Positions 20,303 through 33,168 are shown, numbered from the stretch's first letter. The stretch is DNA of 64,000 bases from an uncultured Pseudomonadota bacterium (GCA_963770835.1 CAVYRH010000026.1:576001-640000), one strand, 5' to 3'. The notes: generated by a model from the letters alone, not told the origin. Made by a program: numbers and translations.

Positions 20303-20683
20303 TGGTACTCTCGCACCCCTTCACCCACGAACCGCTCAAAACTGCGCCGGTCGTGGATTTCTTGGACTACTTCCACATCCGACAGGCCGTACCAGGATTC
20401 CAGCAAAAGGCATTTAAACAAGATCAAAGGCGGGATGGGAGGTCTCCCCGTGTTGCCCCGGTACATTTCCATCAGCAATTTCTCGATCTTCGGAAAGTCC
20501 AGAACCTTATCCACTTCCTCTAGCATGGTCTTTTTGAGTCGCCGGTTCTTGTCCTCGTACATCCCGAAGCTGATTTGCATGGAATCCCTCCGTCTGGAAT
20601 GCTGCTATTATATTTCAGCATTTAGACGAAGGAGTTTTTCAGAGGTTACAAGTTATTTTTCAAACAAAGCGGGAAGATAGCTG

Positions 20684-21073
20684 ATGAATGAAAATTATGC
20701 TGATTTTTATAAAAGAAAGAAAACTTTAGAAATTAAATTGTTGTCGTCTTTTTTTATAATTTTCCCTGTGATTTTTGTTTCTGGTTATTTTCTTCATGTA
20801 GGTGCGCCATTAATTCTCGGAATCATATGGGTTGGGTGTTTTATTTATTTTAGTTGCCGGCTTTTCTTTATAAAGTGCCCAAAATGTAAGAAATATTACT
20901 ACATGACTAGCTGGGGTTTGGGAAACCCATACACTTCAAAGTGCATGAATTGTGGATTGCAAAAGGAACAAACCGATAAAGAACGAAAGATTGAAAAAGT
21001 AGTTTCTGTTCTGGTTCTGATTTTTTTGTTATTGGCATTCGCGTTTTTGTATTTCACTGGTGCTTTCAAATGA
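20684..21073 (+). CDS. small AT-rich membrane protein with zinc-ribbon motif
   Basis: Three TM segments; CPKC...CMNC; much lower GC than its neighbours. Confidence 0.65.
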   Translation: MNENYADFYKRKKTLEIKLLSSFFIIFPVIFVSGYFLHVGAPLILGIIWVGCFIYFSCRLFFIKCPKCKKYYYMTSWGLGNPYTSKCMNCGLQKEQTDKERKIEKVVSVLVLIFLLLAFAFLYFTGAFK

Positions 21074-21123
21074 TTCAGAGCTTTTAAGCTTATACGGATA
21101 CTGGTTAAGGCTTTTGATGAGTC

Positions 21124-21149
21124 GTCCACGATGGGGAGCCGTCGTAGAC
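21124..21149. repeat. imperfect REP-like palindrome
   Basis: GTCCACGATGG-GGAG-CCGTCGTAGAC, homologous to 17488..17513. Confidence 0.7.
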
Positions 21150-21174
21150 AAAAAATTTCAAAAGGCGATAAGTC

Positions 21175-21741
21175 ATGAAAAAGCGATTTGTCCGGAGAAC
21201 AATGGTTTTTTTTATCGGTGCCGGAATCCTGGTTTATTGCCCCCTTTCCCTTTTTGCCCAATCCTCCCCGGTCTCCCAGGCGTTGGAACAAGCCAATAAG
21301 GCTTTTGATGCCAAGGACTATGTCCAATGCATGAAGTTGAATTTGGAAGCGGCGGCCAAGAACAATGCCGAGGCCGAAAGGCATGTCGGTTACTTATACG
21401 CCAACGGCCTGGGGACAAAGCAGGATTACCCCGAAGCCATGAAATGGTACCTCAAGGCGGCCGCCCAGGGGGACGCGAAAGCGGAATGCAACCTCGGCAT
21501 CCTTTTCGGCGACGGCAATGGAGCGCCGAAGGATTACGCGGAAGCCAAGAGGTGGTTTCAAAAAGCCGCCGACCAGGGCGACCCGGTCGCGGAAGTGGAT
21601 CTTGGCCAGGCTTATGAATGCGGAAACGGCGTCCCGCAAGATTACCAGCAAGCCATGAAGTGGTACCAGGAAGCCGCCGCCAAAGGGAATGAAGCGGCCA
21701 TCCAGAAGATCGCCAAACTCAAAGAAAAAATGGCAAAGTGA
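21175..21741 (+). CDS. secreted Sel1-repeat protein
   Basis: Signal peptide; three to four Sel1 repeats; paralog of 16540..17451. Confidence 0.92.
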   Translation: MKKRFVRRTMVFFIGAGILVYCPLSLFAQSSPVSQALEQANKAFDAKDYVQCMKLNLEAAAKNNAEAERHVGYLYANGLGTKQDYPEAMKWYLKAAAQGDAKAECNLGILFGDGNGAPKDYAEAKRWFQKAADQGDPVAEVDLGQAYECGNGVPQDYQQAMKWYQEAAAKGNEAAIQKIAKLKEKMAK

Positions 21742-21807
21742 TTCGGTTATCCGCAGCCGGGAAGCAAGGTTTAATTTTAAAGCGAAGTATTTAACAATGG
21801 GAGGGGT

Positions 21808-23187
21808 ATGAAACAGACCTATCGGTTCGCAATAGCTCTCTTGAGTTTGGCCTTAGTGGCGCAAATGCCCGTCCAGGCGCAGGAAGGTACCCCCGCCCCG
21901 GCAGCCGCCGTCCGCCTTTCCCCCGCAGGGCTTCCGCTGGTGGATTTGGAAGTTAAGGGAACCACGGTTACCGCCGAGGTAGCCAACGAGACCGCCGACC
22001 GGGAAATGGGCCTGAGGTTCCGCAAAAGCCTGGGCAAGGACGAGGGCATGCTGTTCGTCTTCGCCGCCCCCCAAACCCTCAACTTCTGGATGAAGGACGC
22101 CCCCACCCCCTTGGGCATCGCCTTCCTGGACGAAAAGGGGACCATCCTCAGCCTGGACGAAATGGAGCCCAACACCGAAACGGTCCACCCCTCCAAGGGT
22201 CCGGCCCAATTCGCGCTGGAAATGAACAAGGGCTGGTTCGCGGCCCACGGCGCCCAGCCGGGGGACCAGGTCGCCGGCATCCTGAACGCCCCTCCCGACG
22301 CCGAGTCTTCCCAAAAGCCGCCTTACACCCTGGATGCCTTCCAATTGGCCTGGGGCAAGTCCCAACTCCAGCAGATGCTCAAGGACCGGCCTGCGATGGC
22401 CAAATATATGAAAGAAGGAGATGGCCTTTGGGGTTGGACGGTGCGGCAGTTCGCGGGGGAATACGCCAAGGGCGGGGTCCAATGGGACCCGGCAAACCCG
22501 AGAGGGGATTTCGACTCCATGGCGGAAGGCGCCAACCCCTCCAAGGGCCGGAAGGCCTATATCCAGGACAGCCCGAACTACGCGATCAAGACCTTCCACG
22601 CCGGGAAGCCGAAAACCGGGATGGTCCTTTGGTGGGAAGCGGCTTTGGAACTCTGCAACCTCCAAAACCGGCCTCTTTTCGACGCCATCGACGGGGAGGC
22701 CCGCGCTGGCCGGATCGGCCGCACCGACTACGCCTTTGAAATGATGGCCGCGGAGGATCTCGTCACCAACCGCAATGCCTACCATTTTTTCTACGACGTC
22801 TGGAAGCCCAACTGCGAAAAGCTTTCCCTGAGGCCCATGGACGATGACTTCACCGGGCGCTTCGGCTCCACGGTATCGGACGGCGGGAGCCAGGGGAATT
22901 TCCTGGAGGCCTTCAAGAACCAACTGAAACCGAATACGGCCCCAGGCCAGACGGATTTCAAAAATCTTGTCGCCCAAGACTTTGCCCATCATTACCAATG
23001 GTATGTTTCCATCTATGACAAATACGCCCCGGACGTCTTCACGAAAAAGGGGCTGCCCATCCCGCCAGACAAGCCCTCGGAGGAGATCGAGAAGAAATTC
23101 CTGGACCAGATCGCGCCGGTGGCGCCCACGCCGACGGTCAGCGCCGAGGACAAGAAGGCGATGGATTCGATTCCACCGCCGCCATGA
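21808..23187 (+). CDS. DUF192-domain protein with long uncharacterised C-terminal domain
   Basis: AEVA...GLRFR...GMLFVF...FWMKD..PL.IAF...ALEMN.GWF. Confidence 0.8.
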   Translation: MKQTYRFAIALLSLALVAQMPVQAQEGTPAPAAAVRLSPAGLPLVDLEVKGTTVTAEVANETADREMGLRFRKSLGKDEGMLFVFAAPQTLNFWMKDAPTPLGIAFLDEKGTILSLDEMEPNTETVHPSKGPAQFALEMNKGWFAAHGAQPGDQVAGILNAPPDAESSQKPPYTLDAFQLAWGKSQLQQMLKDRPAMAKYMKEGDGLWGWTVRQFAGEYAKGGVQWDPANPRGDFDSMAEGANPSKGRKAYIQDSPNYAIKTFHAGKPKTGMVLWWEAALELCNLQNRPLFDAIDGEARAGRIGRTDYAFEMMAAEDLVTNRNAYHFFYDVWKPNCEKLSLRPMDDDFTGRFGSTVSDGGSQGNFLEAFKNQLKPNTAPGQTDFKNLVAQDFAHHYQWYVSIYDKYAPDVFTKKGLPIPPDKPSEEIEKKFLDQIAPVAPTPTVSAEDKKAMDSIPPPP

Positions 23188-23200
23188 GGAGGAAAGAAAC

Positions 23201-24028
23201 ATGAAAAAAAGATTCGGTTTAGGGTTGGTCCTATCCACCATGCTTCTTGCGGCGGCAATGCCGGCAGGGGCGCAGGAAAGCGCGGCCGCCACGCCCACGG
23301 CTACAACCGCCGCCACTCCAGCCGCCCCCGCCGGGATGCCGATTACGCTCAAAGCGGAGCTCAAGAAGGGCTATATCGTCGTTCTCGCCTGGTCCGAATA
23401 CATCCCCGGCGGAAAGCTGGCTTATAACGTCTACCGCGCCGACCACTTCCATTTGAGTTTCCACAAAGTCAATTCAACCCCCATTCAGGATGAAACCAAG
23501 ATGGTGGGCATTGGCGTGAATGGGGATTGGTACTTCAAGGTGAAGCCTATCCTGCAAGCGGAGCCGCTGGTGGAAGGCCCGGAGTCCAACGAGGTGAAGG
23601 TCACGGTCACCGAGGCGCCCAAGGCCAATCTTCTCAGGCCCAAGATCACCTCCTTCACCACGGACCAAAACATTACCTATGTGAAGAACAAGGAATCGAA
23701 TGTGTTTAGGGCGCAAGTTACGCCCGGGGGTACCCCTTACCCGACCCCCTGCATCACGCGCGGCGCCTCAGCCTATATCATCGGGATCGGAAGCCATGAC
23801 AAAGCCCAAGTGGTTGTCCGGATTTTTGATGCCCACCAGGAACTGGTCCGGGAACTGTCCAATAGCGTTTTGCCTGACGACCAAAAAACCTTGGAGTGGG
23901 ACGGGAAAGACGCGGAGCGCCTTTGGGCGCCCCCCGGCAATTACTGGTTGGAGATCACCCAAAAATTGCAGGGAAAATCGTCAACCACGTATGAATCTTT
24001 TTCCGTTACGGAGGATCACCCCAAGTGA
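23201..24028 (+). CDS. secreted protein with FN3-like and FlgD-Ig-like domains
   Basis: Signal peptide; YNVYRA; IFD...LVREL...WDGKD...GNY. Confidence 0.7.
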   Translation: MKKRFGLGLVLSTMLLAAAMPAGAQESAAATPTATTAATPAAPAGMPITLKAELKKGYIVVLAWSEYIPGGKLAYNVYRADHFHLSFHKVNSTPIQDETKMVGIGVNGDWYFKVKPILQAEPLVEGPESNEVKVTVTEAPKANLLRPKITSFTTDQNITYVKNKESNVFRAQVTPGGTPYPTPCITRGASAYIIGIGSHDKAQVVVRIFDAHQELVRELSNSVLPDDQKTLEWDGKDAERLWAPPGNYWLEITQKLQGKSSTTYESFSVTEDHPK

Positions 24029-24078
24029 CGGTGAGGGTTGGTTAAAAATCTCGGGAAGTATTAAAAAATAGGAGGCAT

Positions 24079-25461
24079 ATGAAACAGGTACATCGGCTTG
24101 GATTAGGATTTGCTTTCTTGATTTTGACTTTGGCGGCGGTGATCCCAGTCCGGGCGCAGGAAAGCGGGCCCGCCACACTGGCCACAACGCCCACCGATAC
24201 CACTTCCATTTCTCCGGCGGGTTCCCCGACCAGCCCGGAAAATCCCTGGGGCCTCCACTTCTTCGGCGACGTTCGCTTCCGCTTCATGTACATGGTGCAG
24301 GGCCAGGATTACGCCCCCACCTATGCCGCCACGCCCTCCCTGGCCTTTATCGACCATGAGTTGAACTACCGCATCCGGGCCCGGTTCGGCGTCACCAAGG
24401 ACTTCGGGAAGGATTTCCAGGCGGGCCTGGCCGTCATCACGGCCGGCAACGGCGATCCCACCGACCCCTACTGGACCCTGAGCGGCGGGGCCACCTTCCT
24501 CAACGTGGGGCTGGACCAGGCCTATCTTTCCTGGTCGCCGGGGGCCCTGGACCACGACCTCACCCTTTCGGGGGGCAAGATCGCCAACCCCCTCACCTAT
24601 ACCCCCATCACTTGGAGCGAGGACGTGATGCCCGAAGGGATCGGCATCCAGTACAACGCAGCGAAAGACACGCAGATCCAGATCCTCTACTTCCGCCTTC
24701 AGGACAACGGCCCCTCCACCATCGAAGGGAATGGCGCGGACCCCTTCATGGCCGACCTCCAGGTGCAGCAGAAATTCCACATCGCGGACGCCCAGGTGGC
24801 CCTGACGGCGGGCTACCAGTATGTCTCCAATACCTATTCGTTCGAGACGGGCGACGCGGGCGTAGCAACCTATATGGCGGCAAACCCCGCCCTCCCCCCG
24901 GGCGCGCCCCTTTCCGTCACATCCAAGGGAATGGTCGGGAACGCACTCAATGACGACGTCATTCCCGAAATGCACGTGGTGGAGGGTATCCTGAACGTCT
25001 CCCATACGGTCGGGGAAGAGAAGATACCGGTGCTCTGGACCCTGCACGGTGCCCTCAACCTGAGTTCCTTCACGATCAACGCAATCACCAACGCCAATGT
25101 GGCCGTGAATAATCCCGGCCTGAGCGACCCCAACGACTTGGCGCTCTTCGCCGGGTTGGAAGTGGGGAAGGCCGACCGCGCCGGGGAATGGGCGGGGGGA
25201 TTGCAGTGGGCTTATATCGAGCCCGACGCGGTCTTCGCGGCCTTCAACGACCCCAACCCAGGGACGGGCCACAACAACAACACCTGGTTCATGGGGCACG
25301 TGGAACTGGGGCTTGAGGACGGCCTCACCCTCAACGCCATGCAATACGTGGATTGGCACACCGATTACGACGTCTTCCCCACCCAGCCCACAAATATTTT
25401 CGGAACCACCAGCCGGGACCCCATGCTGAAGATTTTGATCGATGTGACGGCGAAACTTTAA
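24079..25461 (+). CDS. putative porin (Porin_5-like)
   Basis: GDVRFR, RIRARFG, LDQAY, DVMPEG, YIEPDAV motifs. Confidence 0.75.
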   Translation: MKQVHRLGLGFAFLILTLAAVIPVRAQESGPATLATTPTDTTSISPAGSPTSPENPWGLHFFGDVRFRFMYMVQGQDYAPTYAATPSLAFIDHELNYRIRARFGVTKDFGKDFQAGLAVITAGNGDPTDPYWTLSGGATFLNVGLDQAYLSWSPGALDHDLTLSGGKIANPLTYTPITWSEDVMPEGIGIQYNAAKDTQIQILYFRLQDNGPSTIEGNGADPFMADLQVQQKFHIADAQVALTAGYQYVSNTYSFETGDAGVATYMAANPALPPGAPLSVTSKGMVGNALNDDVIPEMHVVEGILNVSHTVGEEKIPVLWTLHGALNLSSFTINAITNANVAVNNPGLSDPNDLALFAGLEVGKADRAGEWAGGLQWAYIEPDAVFAAFNDPNPGTGHNNNTWFMGHVELGLEDGLTLNAMQYVDWHTDYDVFPTQPTNIFGTTSRDPMLKILIDVTAKL

Positions 25462-25512
25462 ACAGGCCATGGTTGAGAAGTTGCTGGGATCAATTTTTAA
25501 AAAGGCAGATAG

Positions 25513-26499
25513 ATGAAAAAAGGGTCGTTGATTTTGGGCTGCACAGCGGTTCTTGGAATCGTTCTTGGGATTGGGGGTTGCACATCGAAAAACCACCCGT
25601 CTTCCGAGGACTTGGTTGCCGTTGCGGGGACGGGAACGGAAGGTTATTCGGGAGACGGGGGACCGGCTACCTTGGCCGAATTCGATTTCCCCGGGGATGT
25701 GGCCTTGGACTCCTCCGGGAACCTATATGTCTGCGACCAAGGCAACCAACGAATTCGGAAAATAGATGCAAAGGGAATCGTGACAACTGTGGCCGGAAAC
25801 GGCGAGAAGGGCCTTTCGAAGGACGGCGGGCCGGCCACTTCGGTTCCGCTTTCTGACCCCACAGGGTTGGCCGTTGACCGATCCGGCAATTTGTATTTCT
25901 CGGAAATGGGGGCCGCCCGTATCCGGATGGTTACGCCCAAGGGGATCATCAAAACCTTCTGGGGAACAAGGATTGGAGCCCCGGCTCATTCCGAATTTAT
26001 CCTGGCGACGGCCATTGTTTTGGGGGCGGACGGCTATCTTTACGCCCCCGACATGGCGAATGTCGTGCGCAAAATCGACCCCCAAGGCCGGATGATGGTC
26101 GTGGCTGGAAACGGAAAACCAGGGTTCCTAAAGGATGGGAGCCCCGCAACCTCGGCCCCATTAATGAATCCAAGCGACGTGGCTTTGGATGGCACCGGCA
26201 ATCTTTACATCGCGGACGGGAGCTGTTTTATCCGAAAGGTGGATGGCGGAGGAACGATCACTACGGTCTATAGCGGCGTTCCGGGCATGCAGATCCAAGG
26301 AATGGCCTTTGACGGATCGGGAGTCCTCTTTTTTTCCGATAGTAAGACCAACCGAATTCTGAAACTCGCCCCGAACGGGGAGGCCATAGTGGTTGTGAAA
26401 AAAGATTTAAGTTCCCCCAATGGAATCACTTTCGGGCCATCGGGTGAGCTATATATCGCCGATTCCGGCCATTACCGGATCGTCAAAGTTTTGAAGTAA
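25513..26499 (+). CDS. NHL-repeat lipoprotein
   Basis: Lipobox GGC; VAGTG..GYSGDGGPA, P.DVALD..GNLY repeats. Confidence 0.88.
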   Translation: MKKGSLILGCTAVLGIVLGIGGCTSKNHPSSEDLVAVAGTGTEGYSGDGGPATLAEFDFPGDVALDSSGNLYVCDQGNQRIRKIDAKGIVTTVAGNGEKGLSKDGGPATSVPLSDPTGLAVDRSGNLYFSEMGAARIRMVTPKGIIKTFWGTRIGAPAHSEFILATAIVLGADGYLYAPDMANVVRKIDPQGRMMVVAGNGKPGFLKDGSPATSAPLMNPSDVALDGTGNLYIADGSCFIRKVDGGGTITTVYSGVPGMQIQGMAFDGSGVLFFSDSKTNRILKLAPNGEAIVVVKKDLSSPNGITFGPSGELYIADSGHYRIVKVLK

Positions 26500-26576
26500 G
26501 AAGAAGATCTTCGGCAGTTATGAGATCTACACGCCCCTGCTGGCGGGCGTGAAATACAATCTTTAAAGGAAAATTT

Positions 26577-29075
26577 ATGAAAACCATCCACCGTATCCTG
26601 CTGGCTTTGATCCTCCTCCCCCTGGCGCCCCAAATCCTTAAGGCCTACCCGCCCGACGCTGCGGCCATCGACCAACGCGCCGGGGACATCCTCAAAAAAA
26701 TGACGCTCGAGGAAAAGATCGACTACATCGGCGGTGTGGATACCTTCTACATCCGCGCCATCCCGCGCCTCAACCTCCCCAAGATCCGCATGTCCGACGG
26801 GCCCGTCGGGGTGCGCTGTTACGGGCCCTCGACGGCCTACGCGGGGGGCATCGGCCTGGCGGCCTCCTGGGACCCGGACCTGGCGGAACGCATGGGGGAA
26901 ATGATGGGCAAAGACGCCAGGGCGCGGGGGGTGCACATCCTCCTGGGACCGGGCGTCAACATCTACCGGGCGCCCATGAACGGGCGCAACTTCGAGTATT
27001 TCGGCGAGGACCCCTTCCTGGCCTCCCGCACGGTGGTCGCTTATATAGAAGGGGTGCAATCCCAGGGCGTCTGCGCCACCATCAAGCACTTCATGGGCAA
27101 CAACTCGGAGTTCGACCGCCACCACACCAGCTCCGACATGGACATGCGCACCATGCGCGAAATCTACCTGCCCACCTTCGAGGCGGCGGTGAAGGAAGCC
27201 CACGTGGGCGCCATCATGGATTCCTACAACCTGGTCAACGGGGTGCATTCCACCCAGAACGACCTCCTGAACAACCAGATCGCGAAGAAAGAATGGGGCT
27301 TCGACGGCATCATCATGTCCGACTGGGACGCCACCTACGACGGCGTGGCCGCCGCCAACGGGGGCCTGGACCTGGAAATGCCCTTCGCCAAGTTCATGAC
27401 CCGCGACACCCTGGGCGAGGCCATCAAGGACGGCAAGGTCTCCATGGCCACCCTGGATGACAAGGTGCGCCGAATCCTGAGGACCGCCATCCGTTTCGGC
27501 TGGCTGGACCGCGACCAGGCCGACCCTTCCATCCCGCTCGACAACCCGGATTCGCGCAAAGTGGCCCTGGAAACCGCCGAAGAGGGCATGGTGCTGCTCA
27601 AAAACGAGAAATCCCTCCTGCCCCTGGACAAGGACAAGATCAAGACCCTCGCCGTCATCGGCCCGGACGCCGACCCCGCCGTCCCCACGGGGGGCGGCAG
27701 CGCCAGGACAACCCCCTTCGATTCCGTCAGCGCCCTCAAAGGGCTGACCACCGCCCTTTCCGGCTCCGCCACGGTTGTCTATAAGAGGGGAATGACCCCG
27801 CTTTCCGAAATCTACCCCAACACCGCCTTCACCACCGGGGCCCAGGGCGGAGAGCCGGGCTTGAAGGGGGAGTATTTCAACAACCCCGACTTCCAAGGCG
27901 AGCCCGTCACCCAGGTGGACGCGCATATTAATTTCAACTGGGACAAACCCGGCCAATGGCCCGCGGGGGATTCGCATGACACCTCGGCGCGCTGGACGGG
28001 CACCTTCACACCCACCCAAAGCGGCCCCTACCGCCTGGCCGCGCAGGTTTACGGGCTGGACGAGTACCGCCTCACCTTCGACGGCAAGCTGGTGATGGAC
28101 CGCAAGGGCAAGGCCCAGCCCGTGGGCTTGAAAGAAGTGAACCTTAAGGCCGGCAAGGCCTACGCGGTGAAGCTCGAATACGTCCATCGCGACCACCATT
28201 CCTGGCTGTCCCTGGGCGCCTGCCCCGAAAGCGGCTTCCTGGACCCGGAGGCCAAAAAGACCGCGGCCTCCGCGGACGCGGTGGTGCTTTGCGTGGGCTT
28301 CGATCCCTCCAACGAGGGCGAGGGCTCGGACCGCACCTTCAACCTGCCTGTGGGCCAGGACGAGCTCATCCAGGAAATCCTAAAGGCCAACCGCAAAACG
28401 GTGGTGGTCGTCACTTCCGGCGGCGCGGTGGACATGACGAAGTGGGTGGACAAGACGCCGGCGCTCGTAGAAGACTGGTACCCGGGCCAGGAGGGGGGCA
28501 CGGCCCTGGCCGAAATCCTCCTGGGCGATATCAATCCCTCGGGCAAGCTCCCGGCCAGTTTCGAGAGGCGCTGGGAGGACAACGCGGTCTACAAGAGCTA
28601 CTACCCGGACGCCGACAACCACATCAAATACTCCGAGGGGGTGTTCCTGGGCTACCGGCATTTCGACCGCATCAAGGTGAAGCCGCTTTTCCCCTTCGGC
28701 TTCGGCTTGTCCTACGCGAAGTTCCAATACAAAAACCTGGCCCTGTCCTCCGCCTCCACGGACGGCACCCAGCCCGTCACGGTTTCCTTCGACTTGACCA
28801 ACACGGGCGACCGCGAGGGCAAGGAAACGGCCGAGCTCTACGTGGGGGACATCCACTCCAACGTGCTGCGGCCCGCGAAGGAACTGAAGGGCTTCGCCAA
28901 GGTGGACCTGCAACCGGATGAGACCAAGCGGGTGGAAATCCCATTGGACCTAGGGTCGCTTTCCTATTTCGATGAGAAGACGGGGCAGTGGAAGGCCGAC
29001 CCCGGGGATTTTTATATTTTGGTGGGGTCCTCTTCGCGGGATATCGCGCTCACCGGCAAGCTAACACTTAAGTAA
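26577..29075 (+). CDS. secreted GH3 beta-glucosidase with PA14 insertion
   Basis: MTLEEK, SDGPVG, GRNFEYFGEDP, KHF, MSDW, PLFPFGFGLSY, FN3-like tail. Confidence 0.95.
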   Translation: MKTIHRILLALILLPLAPQILKAYPPDAAAIDQRAGDILKKMTLEEKIDYIGGVDTFYIRAIPRLNLPKIRMSDGPVGVRCYGPSTAYAGGIGLAASWDPDLAERMGEMMGKDARARGVHILLGPGVNIYRAPMNGRNFEYFGEDPFLASRTVVAYIEGVQSQGVCATIKHFMGNNSEFDRHHTSSDMDMRTMREIYLPTFEAAVKEAHVGAIMDSYNLVNGVHSTQNDLLNNQIAKKEWGFDGIIMSDWDATYDGVAAANGGLDLEMPFAKFMTRDTLGEAIKDGKVSMATLDDKVRRILRTAIRFGWLDRDQADPSIPLDNPDSRKVALETAEEGMVLLKNEKSLLPLDKDKIKTLAVIGPDADPAVPTGGGSARTTPFDSVSALKGLTTALSGSATVVYKRGMTPLSEIYPNTAFTTGAQGGEPGLKGEYFNNPDFQGEPVTQVDAHINFNWDKPGQWPAGDSHDTSARWTGTFTPTQSGPYRLAAQVYGLDEYRLTFDGKLVMDRKGKAQPVGLKEVNLKAGKAYAVKLEYVHRDHHSWLSLGACPESGFLDPEAKKTAASADAVVLCVGFDPSNEGEGSDRTFNLPVGQDELIQEILKANRKTVVVVTSGGAVDMTKWVDKTPALVEDWYPGQEGGTALAEILLGDINPSGKLPASFERRWEDNAVYKSYYPDADNHIKYSEGVFLGYRHFDRIKVKPLFPFGFGLSYAKFQYKNLALSSASTDGTQPVTVSFDLTNTGDREGKETAELYVGDIHSNVLRPAKELKGFAKVDLQPDETKRVEIPLDLGSLSYFDEKTGQWKADPGDFYILVGSSSRDIALTGKLTLK

Positions 29076-29088
29076 AAATTAAATTGCT

Positions 29089-29233
29089 GTCATTGCGAGG
29101 AATGAGCCCCGAATAGGGGCTCGTTTATGACGAAGCAACCCCAGTTTAAATAAATCCGGGAAAAGGCTTATTTGGTACTGAGGTTGCTTCGTCGTAATCG
29201 CCCCGCTATTCGCGGGGCACTCCTCGCAATGAC
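29089..29233. repeat. palindromic element of the GTCATTGCGAG...CTCGCAATGAC class
   Basis: Terminal inverted GTCATTGCGAGGA/TCCTCGCAATGAC; internal GACGAAGCAACC/GGTTGCTTCGTC. Confidence 0.85.
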
Positions 29234-29290
29234 GGCGATTTCGTTTTAATTGGGTTCCTAACATCCACGAAAGATTTAACAAAAAACCCT

Positions 29291-29342
29291 TTGACAGGCT
29301 ATATCTGGGGGTATATAACGCATTTGTAACTAAATATGGTGT
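29291..29342 (+). promoter_or_regulatory. sigma70 promoter with tandem NrdR boxes
   Basis: TTGACA(29291)-17 bp-TATAAC(29314); AGGCTATATCTGGGGG (29296) and TAACTAAATATGGTGT (29327) fit the NrdR box consensus, 31 bp apart. Confidence 0.8.
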
Positions 29343-29842
29343 TTGTATTGTTTTTAGGCCCTTTTTAACTATCAATTCGATAGAGGGCCGCCCGCCCGGG
29401 TACCAGGTTTTGGGGGGTCTGAAACGGTAATACGCCACATTTAGCCGGTTTTTCCCGCCCTTGGGGGATGTAATTGGGCGAAGAAGAACCAAATGATACC
29501 CTCATTCTATCTGATTCAAAAATCGGGCTTTGCCCGATGAAATGGAGATGAGGGTGACACAGTTTTCAATTTAGGGGCCGAGGGCCCCATTGAAAATAGA
29601 GAAACTGTGTAGAGGGGGATGTACTAAGCGGATTCGACGACTGTCTCGCCTCAACCACTGCCATCACGACCCGAACTTTTCCAACGACATCCACGACAAC
29701 CCAAGGCGCGTCCACTGAGTTAACTTTGAGTTAACCTCAGGAGGACTTCCTTGGCTCCGGAGTTTGTTAAACGACTTCGGCCCCGAAAGTTCCTGACGGA
29801 ACCGCAGGGGAAAAACAAGTTAAATATTCTGAAGGAGGATGC

Positions 29843-32639
<2,797 letters not shown>

Positions 32640-32681
32640 GCCTGTTTTGGGTTCTAAGTCCTCGGTTTTAGTAGGGGTCAA

Positions 32682-32960
32682 GTGACACCTAAGCCGGTTG
32701 TTGGCTATACTCTTACCGAACACGCCCGTTGGGAAATGTCCCGAAGGGGCCTTTCGGAAGACCAGGTCCGCAAGGTTTTAGCCGACCCCGGCCAGCGCCA
32801 TAATGTGAGGGAAGGAAGGGATGTTTTGCAGGCGAAATTCACCGAAAGTGGGCAGGATTTTTTGATCCGGGTATTCGTGGATGTGGATCGAAAACCCCAG
32901 GAAATTGTCACCGCCTACCGGACCACCAAAGTTTCAAAGTATTGGAGTAAGGAACAATGA
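32682..32960 (+). CDS. DUF4258-family putative toxin
   Basis: TEHARWEMSRRG ... IVTAY; overlaps the DUF2283 gene. Confidence 0.8.
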   Translation: MTPKPVVGYTLTEHARWEMSRRGLSEDQVRKVLADPGQRHNVREGRDVLQAKFTESGQDFLIRVFVDVDRKPQEIVTAYRTTKVSKYWSKEQ

Positions 32961-33157
32961 AAGTAAACTACGACTCAAAAACAGACACCCTTAGTGTGGT
33001 GTTGAACCCGAACACCCCCATCGCCGAAAGCGATGAATCCAAACCCGGGGTCATACTGGATTACGACGGCCAGGGTAACCTAGTTTCGCTGGAACTTTTG
33101 GATGCTTCCCACCGGGTTAGTGAAGCGAAAAAAATTGAGTTCGAGACCGTATCATAA
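32957..33157 (+). CDS. DUF2283-family putative antitoxin
   Basis: MKVNYD..TD.L ... PGVILDYD..GNLVSLELLDAS. Confidence 0.88.
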   Translation: MKVNYDSKTDTLSVVLNPNTPIAESDESKPGVILDYDGQGNLVSLELLDASHRVSEAKKIEFETVS

Positions 33158-33168
33158 AAAGGCATTTT

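Larger units (their letters stand above)
17701..20580 (-). pseudogene. IS5-family DDE transposase split into 20303..20580 and 17701..18361
   Basis: GRPPIPP...WYGLSD N-terminus; AIVDST, GMKVHVG, ADKAY, RCGIE C-terminus; removing 18362-20302 restores in-frame EYH-VDDTT. Confidence 0.9.
17538..20649 (-). mobile_element. IS5-family insertion sequence interrupted by a group II intron
   Basis: 19-bp TIRs GTAACCTCTGAAAAACTCC / GGAGTTTTTCAGAGGTTAC; AAGTT direct repeat at 17533-17537 and 20650-20654. Confidence 0.9.

Noticed and set aside
29326..29842. Cobalamin riboswitch upstream of nrdJ
   Set aside because: B12-box and other conserved core motifs not recognisable by eye
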